Source of the DNA: Eledone cirrhosa
Taxonomy: Eukaryota
Length of the DNA: 64,000 bases
NCBI GenBank assembly: GCA_964016885.1
Contig: OZ024740.1
Coordinates: 82,026,001-82,090,000, forward strand
Direction: 5' to 3'
Position 1 is the first letter of the stretch. Every line of letters begins with the position of its first letter. The notes beneath the pieces were generated by a model. That model did no database searches and was not told where the DNA came from. It saw only the letters and a list, made by a program, of their open reading frames with translations. Positions 13,867-25,499 of this stretch are shown here, piece after piece. The translations under genes and the position numbers were made by a program.

Positions 13867-14862
13867 AAAGGAATTCCAATTTTGTCTGATTAACTCGTTT
13901 TATTTACATTCCTTTAAAATTATAATGATATTATAATAAACTAGTATTGTAGAATATTAAATGTTAATTGTTAATAAAGTACCAGTAATACACTGGAATA
14001 ATTGCTGGCCTTGTGCCAAAAGTAGAAACAATTAAATGTTAATTGTTAATTGAACACGTACTTTCATGCTCTCGCAATCTTCAGGTTCCTATTCAGTGGT
14101 GACAGTCAAGTTTGCAATTTTCGACTGTAATGAGATGGCTAAAATGTGTGCCTTATATACAGTAAAAACGGGCTACAGGATGCTAAGTTTTGCAAACTGT
14201 ATTTTCACCAATCGGTGTGTGGTTTCACTAGATTACTAAAGATGATTGGCTTACGCGTCACGGTTGGTTGAGCATGTCTAAAATTAAAGAAAGGAATTTT
14301 ATTGATAAATTCCAACCCAAGCTAAATGAACAATAATAATACTTAGGGGTATTACTTCTGCTATGGCTACGCCTACGACCATGTCGACTACCACCACTAA
14401 CAACAACAACAACAATAATAATAATAAAAGTGATGTTGATAGTGATGATTACTGAAGATTTTTTATAAAAACCCTAGAAAATGCTATTTTCATCATTTCT
14501 AAAATATCAGATTTGGATACGGTCAAATATAAGTCGTTAGACATGCTCAACCAACCGTGACGCCTAAACCGATCAGCTTTAGTAATCTAGTGAAACCACA
14601 CACCGATTGGTCGAAATACAGTTTGCAAAACTTAGCATTCTATATCCCCTTTTTACTGTATATAAGGCACAAATTTTAACCATCTCATTACAGTCGAAAA
14701 TTGCAAACTTGACTGTCACCACTGAATATGAAGCTGAAGATTTCGAAAGCATGAAAGTACTTGTTCAATTAACATTTAATATTCTACAATACTATTTCAT
14801 TATAATATTATTATAGTTTTAAAGGATTTTTTAAGTTAATCAGACAAAGTTGAAATTCCTAT
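13867..14862 (+). mobile_element. Fold-back PLE end with GIY-YIG tail in the spacer and HHR at 14729-14767
   Basis: Arms about 13867-14281 and 14537-14862; the spacer encodes KIKERNFIDKFQPKLNEQ*; CTGAAGA..GAAA-gtac-TT-gttca. Confidence 0.8.
13976..14030 (+). mobile_element. 5'-truncated SINE tail with 20-bp TSD
   Basis: SINE 3' end between attaaatgttaattgttaat at 13956-13975 and 14031-14050; absent from the opposite arm. Confidence 0.85.
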
Positions 14863-15120
14863 AATAATGTACATATATATATACATATAGACATACATAT
14901 AACACACACATACACACATATATGTATATATCAAGGCCTGTGGAGCTTCCATTATCATGTACCTGTATATCAATCTTAATCAAGCTAAAGTAACGTAGGT
15001 GTGATGCAACATCACAGTCATTTTGATTTAAGTTTTAAGAGCAATGTCCAATATACATTGTTCGTTAAACCAAATAATAGATGGGGGTGCTGTCGAAGTA
15101 GCACATGAAAAATGATCCAA

Positions 15121-16022
15121 TCCACCCACGTTGTATATGCCCTCCGGTGTTCCCTTTGCGGGTCTTTATATATTGTACAAACGGGACGCCGTATGCCGGA
15201 CCGTTTTGCCGAACATTTGAAGGATATACGACCCGGTTTGGATACTCCTGTCGCCCGTAATTTCTGTTCTCCTGGTCATTCTTCCGTACATGTTTCACTC
15301 CTGGGTGTCCTTTTACATCATGGATCACAGGCCTCGCGCACCAGGACTGAACAAAGTCTGATTCACCGTCTTGTGTCCTCTTCCCCTCTTGGACTCAACT
15401 CACTTCCCCAATTTCTCTAATACCCCGTCTATTATCACACCTCTTGATTCCTATCGCTTTCTCTTGATCATTAGCAGCTTCCCTTACTACTAATACATGC
15501 CGATTCACACCCTTATAATAACATACTTTTGCTCATAGCTTCGTACTTACTTGCACACACACTCTTTTACACACGTATACACACACATTTCTTCTTAGCT
15601 TCGTACTGACCTATAATAACACACACACACACACACACACATACACATACACGCACTAACTCGTCTTTAGGCACGTGCTCAAGTATAGCTCTTTTTACAA
15701 AATGGGTTTTTTTCCATTCCAGGTAGACGCCTGCCATCAACCACTTTTCTAAAAAACAAATCATACACAAAACGCCATCACCAACAGTTTTGCATGCGGT
15801 GTTAACATGAATGAACCTGTTATTTTTATCTAAAGATAAATTTTATCTAAAGATAAATTCCAACCCGCCCGTCCCCTCAATCTATTTTATTTCTTATTCT
15901 TTCTTCTGATGAAGGACTAGCGTTCGAAACATTAAAACCCTCTTCTTGCTATATCAAGCCGTAACCTAATATATACCTTCCATATACTGTACCGATTGTG
16001 TTGTTATTTCTGTTTACCTTTT
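15121..16022 (+). mobile_element. PLE 3' fragment: GIY-YIG and pLTR with degenerate HHR (about 15901-15938)
   Basis: HVVYALRCSLCGSLYIVQTGRRMPDRFAEHLKDIR..EQSLIHRL..PLGLN; ctgatga..cgaaac. Confidence 0.85.
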
Positions 16023-16145
<123 letters not shown>

Positions 16146-16166
16146 AGTATATATATATATATATAT

Positions 16167-16596
16167 AAGGAAAAAAGATGAAATCGAAAGTGCAACTGGG
16201 GTCTTTTTAAAATTATATATATATTTATTTGGTTCCTTTACCGGTTACGCAGTTCTTTTGCTTTTCAAAAGTAGAATTCAGATAAAGGGTTTGTGGTTTT
16301 TCTCGCATCTGGTTGGTGTTCGAATATTACTTCTGTTTTATATGGAAAAAAGTGGCTCAAAATGCTAGATTTTTAGAAAAGTAATTTGGTTGGTTGATGC
16401 AGTCACTTGAATAAGCACATCAACTTTCGCGCCAGTTTGTGTTTGAATTTCTTTTTACTTAAAAAAGTGGCTCACGAAGGCTTTTTTTCATAAATGTAAT
16501 TTGATTGGTTATAAATGAAATATAATACTCTAAAACATTAGCATGTTAAGGTGTATTGACGTATGTTAAGGTTTATTTAGCTCTGGTTTTAGAAGG

Positions 16597-16680
<84 letters not shown>

Positions 16681-19600
16681 CGTGCTGCTTTCAATGAGGT
16701 GAGTGAATGTTCCACAAGAGCGACCACATTTTTGACAGTTGGTTGTGGGTTTGTGGTAGGTAATTTGCTATTCGGGAGTAACGTTTTTAGTGATTTCTGT
16801 TGTCTTTTGCTTTTGATTATTTTGTGTGTTTCAAGGGATTTTTTCATGCCTAGGTCTTGTTTCAATAGTTGTCAATAATGTTGTAAGCTACCACATATCT
16901 TGGGTTGTGTATTGAGATATATGATAGAATATTGGACGTACATTGAATCTGTTTATGTTTTCGTAATTCATCAATGCCTATTGTTTTAGCCCTTTCTATT
17001 CCATTATTTATTAGTAATGGTACGTATTATCTTTCGAGCAGAATTTCCTTTAATTTTTGAAGTCTTTCATTTCGCGTTTCATAATTGGAGACAATTGTGC
17101 AAATTATTCTTGCTAGGTTAAAAGGATGTTCGTCTTTGTGTGCTTTGGATGGTTGGAGGTGAATAGCAGATATTGTTTGGAATCTGTTGTTTTGTAGTGT
17201 ACGTCAGTCTCAATATTCGTGTCCTTTTTATAATTAAGACGTCCAGAAATGGGAGTTGATCTTGGCTGTATTCCATTGTGAATTGGATGTGGTTTTTGAT
17301 GCCGTTATTAAATTTATGAAATCATTTAGTTGGTCGAGTGTGTGAGACCAAAGAATAAGACAATCATCCAAGTAGCGTTTCCAATTCTCTGATAAATATT
17401 TGTGGAATTTCAATTCGTATTTTGATTTGAACTGTTCATATATCTGTACTTACTAGAATGCCATGACTAAGTTGGCATAAGTTGGAGCGACTTTTGTACC
17501 CATCGAAGTCCCCGATATTTGCTTGTAAGTACTGTCATCGAAATAAAAAAAGTTGTTCTGTAAAACAAATTTTAATCCCTCGGTGATGAAGCTTTTTTCT
17601 AATCTGTCAGGTATCTCATTGGGATATTTCTTTAACCAATATCTTATTGCTTCTGGTCCGTATTGGTATGGGATCGTTGGGTAGAGATTCACTACATCGA
17701 AAGACACAATAATAGTGTCGTTTTTGCCATGTTTGGGGAGGTGTTTTAAGAGGTCCAGATCGTCTCTTACAAGGCTTGGTATGTGTTTGAGAATTGGTTT
17801 TAGTAGTATGTCTATAAAGTTACTTAGTCTATGTGTTTCACATTGTGGGCCCGCTACAATTGGTCTTAATTTAAGATCAGTGGGGTATTGTGTGTTCACG
17901 CAGGTTGGGGTGGATTCTTTACAGGCATCGCTAATTATTTTACACTTCTGGATCTTCGGAAGTCCGTAAACATTGCTGGTTTGGTATTCAAAATGTGTTA
18001 AATAATGACGTTCCTTTTTAGTTAAATCTTCCTGATGTCGACAAATGAATGTGTTTAAACTGGTCATCGTTTTTGATTGCTGGTAGTTTTTTACTCTTTC
18101 ATAGTAGTTAGTGTCTCGTAAGAGAGAGAACATAGAATTTTTATATTGTTCAGCATCCATAATGATGACAGTACTTCCCTTGTCCGCTTTCTTAATTACA
18201 ATGTCAGTATTGTTTTATAGTTCATGGATAATCTCCCATTCCCTTCGACCCCTGTTGGTTTGGGTTTAGGTTGCGGTAGTTCATGGTATGGGAAAGTTGC
18301 TATGTGGTCACACAATTTGTCCAGAACTCTGTGCCTACCCTTTGTTGGGTTGTAGCTCCTTTTATTCCGTACAATTGAGTGGTCGTTATTCTCCTTGTCA
18401 AAAAGTTCCTCTGTGAGACGTAATATTCTACATAAGTGTGAGATATTATCATTTATCTCATTGAGGTTAGAGCCTTGTGGTGTTGGTGTGAATTTCAGTC
18501 CTTTGGAGAGACTTTTAATTTGTTGGGCTGAGAAGTTTGTATTTGAAAGATTGATAATTTTCAGTTTTTCAAAATCGTTTTGTGCCACCGGGTGTCGTGG
18601 GTTCTGTAGCCTTGGTCTAAAAAATGATCTTTCTGAATAGTTTTTTCATGGGTATTATTATATCTAATGGTATTTCCCCTGTTGTTGTGTGGTCTTGTAT
18701 AGAAGTTTCGGACGTATTGAGGTTCGGTTTGTTGATTGTCTGGGTTGCAAATTTTGTTCCTTTGTGTTGGTTGGGATCTACGATTGGGGAAAAGGTTCTG
18801 TTTTGGTTGGGGTCTACGGTTTTGGAATAGGTTTTGTGTGGGTTCTTGATCCGTTAATCGGGTCTTGTCTTGTGTTGGGGGACATTCGATTTTTTAGTAG
18901 GGTTCTAGTTTTGTCTATAGGTTCTGGGATTATCGTCATAGTTTTGCTGGGGTATGTTGGACGTTTTGTTACTTTATTTGTTATTTGTTGTGAGTGTGGC
19001 CTGTGAGTTTTAGTTTGTTTTAAAAATCGGTTACCTGTATGTTGTTCATTTTTGAAATCCATTTCGTAGTTGTTGAAACAGGTGGCGTTTTTTTCCCATC
19101 GCTGGAGGGATGTTAGTTCTTCATCCTCACAATTTTCTTTCCAAAGTTTTAAGGTTTTCTCATTGAGCAGAGCTTCAGAGTGCCTTGAGACTTTTGTTTC
19201 CATCTGTTGGTTGAGTGACTTGAATTTTTATTCGTTGGAGTAGGCTCTTAACCGCAACAATTCTATTTCTATTTTAAACTTTTCTAATGCCATCTTTTCA
19301 TTAAGCCTTTGTTGGTTTTCTGGTTCATTCGGGATGGGTTTTATTTGGAGTTTTTTGGGGAGGATGATTGGGGTAGAGTTTAGCCATTATTTTTTTAGGA
19401 GATTCCAAAAGACGAATTTGCGGACTGTGAGCTTTTGAGTCCATATATTGATTAGGGGTTTTTTCACTGAGTGGACATCTCGTAGATTAGGTTCTAATGG
19501 TTGTTCCAGCTTTTGGAGCATTGCTGTTTCAATAGTTTTGATTAGTTTAGTTAAGGCTGGAGTAATATTCGTCTCTTGGCTATTTTTTCCTTCTTCATGG

Positions 19601-19715
19601 GGTCCTTTTTTATAGATATGTATTTGATCCACTTTGTTGGTCAAAATTGAAAGTTTGGAGGATATCTCTTTGAGTTCATTTAATATGTGCTGGTTCAGTG
19701 AATTGTCGTTTTATT
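16167..19715 (-). mobile_element. Decayed PLE with RT; GIY-YIG apparently deleted
   Basis: INLS..KGLKFTPTP (18196-18588), KKADKG, YGLPKI, LRPIV, SFDVVNLY, GTSMGTKVAPTYANL (17453-18160), WKRYLDD at about 17365-17383; stops and frameshifts; variant HHR at 16236-16271. Confidence 0.92.
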
Positions 19716-19744
19716 GAGACTTTGGTGGCAATTTCGGTCTTATA

Positions 19745-21031
19745 TATTGCCGGCTTTTAGAGGTTGGGAGGCAGATATTACGTTCTGCCCATCTGTTACT
19801 AAAATATTTTGTTTAGTAACAGATGGGCAGAACGTAATATCTGCCTCCCAACCACTAAATGGGAGACGGATATTACACAATCCACCTGTACTGCTATCAC
19901 AACCTATCCATAGTATACCCGCTACCCATAACAAAGAATGTAACTGCCATCTACTTGAAAGATGTCCATTGAAGAATGAATGCCTAAAGTCCAACATTGT
20001 TTACCAATGCATGGTTGAATCGAACGACCAGAAATGGTATTATATCGGATCTACCACCACCTCGTTTAAATCTCGCTGGTACCGTCATCGATTCTCAATC
20101 AAACATCCTAATCACCGTTTTGTGACCACGCTCGCCAACAAGACCTGGCAACTCCGTGAACGCAACCAACAGTTCACCTTAAAATGGGATATACTTTCCA
20201 GCGCAAGTGCATATCGGAGTTGATTGAAGTACTGTAGGTTATGTAACCTTGAACTCGTTTACATATTAAAATCCAAAAACAAACTACTTAACGATAGAAT
20301 TGAACGATCATTATACTGCAACCACAAACTAAAAGCTAAATTCTCTCACTATAAAATAACTTAACATTCGAACCCGTAACTATAACATCGCTTTCTAGCT
20401 AACCACCTTCTCTTCCCCCACACTACAAGACAATACACTGCTTATCACTATAAATGGTATCTCAATGCAATTCGCAGATTACTACTACGAACCCAAAGTT
20501 CACTCACCACATAGACTTCGTGTGTCCCCTCTCTATCTCTCTCTCTCTCTCTACATCCATTACACTCTCTCTCTCTCGCCTTTGGCCTACCTCCCTCCCT
20601 CTCCACATCTATGAACCTACCCTCTGGGGCAATAAATAATTCCGACTTTAACTATCAACGCATCTCTCCAAAAGTAACCAGTATAATAAAACACCTACCA
20701 TAACATTTTGATTAAGATATCTACAAACCACTCTCTCCTATTTCTCCAACCCCTGCATATCTTTCTCTCTCTCTCTCTCCCTCTCCCCTGCTTTTCTCTC
20801 TTCCTTTTCTACTCTATCTTCTCCAACAGCCCCACTTAAGGGTATTTACATTGTACATTTTAACCATTCTGCTCTGAGGATACAGTGGTCACAGCATTCG
20901 ATATTTCAGTTCTGCAAATAGTTGTAAATTTGCACATAGCATAACTAGGCTGTAGTACCACCGCGGAAACATTTGTAAGCACACGGAATAAATTACCTTT
21001 TTATGATGTCTACCTGTTATTATTCATTTTT

Positions 21032-21032
<1 letters not shown>
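19745..21032 (+). mobile_element. 5'-truncated PLE with 5' hairpin, GIY-YIG and pLTR
   Basis: Near-perfect hairpin at 19757-19858; CNC..CPLKNECLKSNIVYQC..YYIGSTTTSFKSRWYRH..YRS*LKYCRLC..LLN..CNH ending at about 20363. Confidence 0.9.
20870..20981 (+). ncRNA. Type I HHR with long stem II
   Basis: tgct-CTGAGGA-tacagtggt..accaccgcg-GAAAC-attt-GTA-agca. Confidence 0.75.
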
Positions 21033-21070
<38 letters not shown>

Positions 21071-21071
<1 letters not shown>

Positions 21072-22933
21072 TTAGGGTAAATATTGATGCAATTCAAATC
21101 AAGCACTCAACGTACTTATTCCACATAGGAGTGACGGAGGAAATATCGAATAAGGAAAAGCTAAGTAGTTTCAGATGTTCAAGTATTTTAATAATAATGC
21201 TGTGATATATATTTCAATGGCGAAAGTGGCCACACTGTTCTGTGCGCCAGTCTCGCGACATCGTCAGACAGCTTGTTACATAATAAGGTTATGTTTCCGA
21301 GGCAATCCAAAATGAATCGACATGGGAACGGACGAAGTATGTGCTTTTGGGTTCTTCCCCCGTTCCCCTGTGAGTACCAATTCACCCCCACTGGTCTGCA
21401 CAGGCGCAGGTCCAGGGGGGAAGTTGACCATTACCTACCGCTGATTTAAACGAAATTCGCTTAGTCAGTTCCCTCTCTCAGCCAGACAATGACCCATTCA
21501 AGCCGGCACCATAGTTTACTGCTACCCATCCCATCTGTGGCAGTCAGCCGAAAGCCAGTGGGGATGGGAGAGTGTTAGTATTTACAGGTCTCTATACTAC
21601 CTCTCACTAATCATGTACAGTATAACTGACCATCAACCCCTAAGAGTATATATTTTTAATTCTATGTATCATAGTTTCATATTGGAAGTTATAAGTGAAA
21701 TTAGAACTAAAAATTACAATTTAAAATCGAAAATCCTAAATCAAGTATCAGAAATTATAAATTAAAAAATTAACAATTAGAAATTACACAATTAAAGATT
21801 TTTCAAGTGAGAATCCGGATTGAGGTGATTAAAAAAAATATAGATTGAAGTGGGTAAATAATATGCAGAGAGATGTTTAAGTAAGAAGTTCTGAAAGGGG
21901 TCCTATGTGACAGTTACACTATCTACATACTGAACGATGGTGCCGTACAGTAGAATTGACGGTAAATTACAGTATTACGAGTAGTAGTCAATCGGGTACA
22001 TAGTCGTAATTTCCATCACATGGAACAAAACCAACCAAAACATATATAAAGTACACAAAAGAAAGAACCAATGAATGAATGAATGAGTGAATGAGTGAAT
22101 GAATGAATGCAAAAACACAGAGTACATATATGCAAAATGATCCATACTATTGTCAATTTGTCCATGTATAGGCTGAATTCTGTTCAAATGCGATTTGGTG
22201 CAGAAAAATAGGGGTTTATCTTTGTTTCCGCGTATTTATCCTGCCAGTGTCTGGGGTTTCCATCCCATAGTAGAGGGAATTTCCAGGGATGGCTCATGGT
22301 TGGTTCCTGAGGAACCAACTATGAGCTACCCCTGGTAATTCTGATACTTGATTTAGGATTTTCGATTTTAATTTGTAATTTTCAGTTCTAATTTCACTTA
22401 TAACTTCCAATATGAAACTATGATACATAGAATTAAAAATATATACTCTTAGGGGTTGATGGTCAGTTATACTGTCCATGATTAGTGAGAGGTAGTATAA
22501 ATACTAACACTCTCCCATCCCCACTGGCTTTCGGCTGACTGCCACAGATGGGATGGGTAGCAGTAAACTATGGTGCCGGCTTGAATGGGTCATTGTCTGG
22601 CTGAGAGAGGGACTGACTAAGCGAATTTCGTTTAAATCAGCGGTAGGTAATGGTCAACTTCTCCCTGGACCTGCGCCTGCGCAGACCAGTGGGGGTGAAT
22701 TGGTACTCACAGGGGAACGGGGGAAGAACCCAAAAGCACATACTTCGTCCGTTCCCATGTCGATTCAATTTGGATTGCCTCGGAAACATAACCCTATTAT
22801 GTAACAAGCTGTCTGACGATGTCGCGAGACTGGCGCACAGAACAGTGTGGCCACTTTCGCCATTGAAATATATATCACAGCATTATTATTAAAGGACTTG
22901 AACATCTGAAACTACTTCGCTTTTCCTTATTCT
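21071..22933. mobile_element. Fold-back of non-coding PLE terminal family F
   Basis: Arms about 21147-21755 and 22336-22933; related copies at 34800-35744 (fold-back) and 39364-39652 (single arm, minus). Confidence 0.9.
22808..22881 (+). ncRNA. Type I HHR (family F)
   Basis: gctgt-CTGACGA-long stem II-GAAA-tatata-TC-acagc; also at 21199-21272 (-), about 34928-35002 (-), 35638-35712 (+) and 39395-39470 (-). Confidence 0.85.
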
Positions 22934-23153
22934 ATATATATATATATATATATACCCCCACACACACGTGTATATATATACATATATATATATATCGCCT
23001 TCGTCAAACCATATATATATATATATATATATATATGGATTGACGAACGTGATGTTGTGTGGTTACAGGTAACGAGTGTTAGAAGGTAAGGCGACGCAAA
23101 CAAGAGATGGATAGTTTCCCTTCGTCAGCTGTTTACTACGGATCATGGATGTT

Positions 23154-23207
<54 letters not shown>

Positions 23208-23211
<4 letters not shown>

Positions 23212-23320
23212 TATCCCGAGTTCAAATCGGGGGTAACCACAGTAAGTAAATTACTCAATACATAGTAGAGTATAAATATTCAATATAGAATTGGCTTCTA
23301 CAATACTAGAACTGTTTCAT
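23208..23320 (-). mobile_element. Diverged terminal fragment of the PLE family seen at 48-59 kb
   Basis: Aligns with about 53503-53613 (ggtaaccacagtaagtaa..tactcaatacatag..ctagaactgtttcatt); truncated inside the HHR. Confidence 0.8.
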
Positions 23321-24993
23321 TTATAAGAAAAAAAATTACGAATATACAACACAGGAAAACGACGCTGTACAATATATAAATATATTAGTTTAACGCGTGA
23401 CATAATACGAAATACGCCTAACATAAAGATAGAGAGAGAATAAGAAAGAAAATAAATCGTGAGAGAGGCGTGAGTAAAAAGTGGAAGAGATGGAAACATG
23501 GAGGGGAGAAACTCGTTGCGTGTTTAGTTAAACTTCTTGGAAAAGTGTCAAGATTACTCAGTTGCGCTGGATTCGAAATTGTATCGAATATTGAATATAC
23601 ACTGCAAACGTTATCGATAAACTAGTTGTAATATTGTAGCAGCTAGAACAGCGATTCCTTTATGCATATTCACCATTATTTCCAGCAAACTGTTCTCTCA
23701 TCTACAAATATATTTTTACAATTTTCAGTTGAATGTGTGTATGATTACGAAGAAACACCCCATCACTAAATCCCAATATTTCTTTGTATAACTATGCCAT
23801 GTGTGATCATGGAAGTATCCAATAATATAAGTGAGCTTTGTTGGTATCTTCTGTAACGACGTCTTTAATTATCACTAGATCTCATATTTTCGCCTTGGAG
23901 ATTATTTCTTATACATAATTAGATGGACCATTACACTTGTTTAATTTTATCGCCCCAAAATCTCAGTCAAATTTCGACTGTGCTTACATATACTTCAGAA
24001 TTTTTGAGAAATAAATAGCACATACTTATTAAGCAACCAATTAACTATATTTAGTGGGTCTGATTAAATTAATTGATATTTGTTGCTTTCGGTGTCTATA
24101 AATATATACAAACACAAGTATGTTGAATAAGTGGTGGTATGTGATCTCGTTTTTTGTGTTCTGAGTTCAAATAACGACTGCTCGAAAAATCGTGGACGGT
24201 CCTGAAAATGTTTTATCGTGGGAAGCAATTAACGTAAAAAAGTGAAATTCATTATTCAGATTTAATTGAGAGAATGATTAGAAACAGCAATTTCATGGAA
24301 CAGACGATAAATACAGTTCCATTTTCAATCGGAGATAATTTTTCAGTTTTGTCTGCTGGGTGCAAAGCCTATAATCCTCTCCCCCTCTCACTTCAGTGGC
24401 CTTGCCTTTTTTCCTACTTTTCCTTTCATTTACGAAATTTATAGTCCTTTACCCTACTTTCCTATACAGGCAGATCTGCCCTTATTTACCCCGTCCCCGT
24501 CTTTGCAATACTTAATTTTGTTTTTATTTTTTTCAATTTTCATAATATATCGACTTAATTAATTTAAAGAAAACCAATATATAATCAATCATACACACTG
24601 TGTATTTCAGATATTGATAGACTCACAGCGATATAAAGACTGCCTATAATCTCTTTTTTGAAATAGAAATGTGTGTATGTGTATGCCACTTGAAATAGGT
24701 AAGACAGATCCTGCAAGGAATTAAAATATAATCTGATCATTAAAATATTCCCTTAGTTAATACATAATTATATGTCATGATTTTGTTATATTACTCTAAA
24801 TATCAAAAGCATAAACTGTTTGATTTGTAGGTGAGGCATACATATTTTTCCGATCAGCTTACACAAACTAAATTTTGATTACGTTTATATAAAAGAGACG
24901 ACTAAAAAAATATTTTCAACTTTGTTGATTTTCTATAATGACATTTTCTTATATGAATGAAAAAAGAAAAAAAAACATTAATTATTGTATATT

Positions 24994-25195
24994 AATAATT
25001 GTTTCTACTTTAGGCACAAGGCCAGCAATTAACCAGTGCATTACTGGTACTTTATTTTATCGACCCGGTAAGGATGAAAGGCAAAGTCAACCTAGGCGGG
25101 ATTTAAACTCAGATCGTAAAGGGACGTAACTATGCTGGAAAGCATGGCGTCCGACCCTCTATCGATACTGCTAATCTACCAATACTGCCAATCCA
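24994..25195 (-). mobile_element. tRNA-derived SINE (same family as 6439)
   Basis: Reverse complement of the SINE at 6439. Confidence 0.9.
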
Positions 25196-25499
25196 ATAAT
25201 GCATACTGTTAGAATTAGTAGTTCTAAAAACGAAAGGATTATCACTACTATGTATTGATGTCATTAAACAGAAATATGTCACAAACAATCATGAACAGGA
25301 CAATGAATACAAATGAAGGTACTCACATAAATGGGGTTTTAATGGACGTAAAATGCTTAATGTTATATTTACACTATCGTAGAGCTAAAGTAATGTTAAG
25401 TAATATGACAATATTCATTCAAAGAATACTTTGAAGTAGAAATATCAATATTAAATAAACATAAACATATTGATATACCGTAATTGGTGCAACTGAACA

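Larger units (their letters stand above)
10772..15121. repeat. Inverted repeat pair of about 250 bp (10772-11030 and 14870-15121) around a nest of insertions
   Basis: Arms are about 93% identical by manual alignment and both run into the same mixed microsatellite. Confidence 0.9.
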
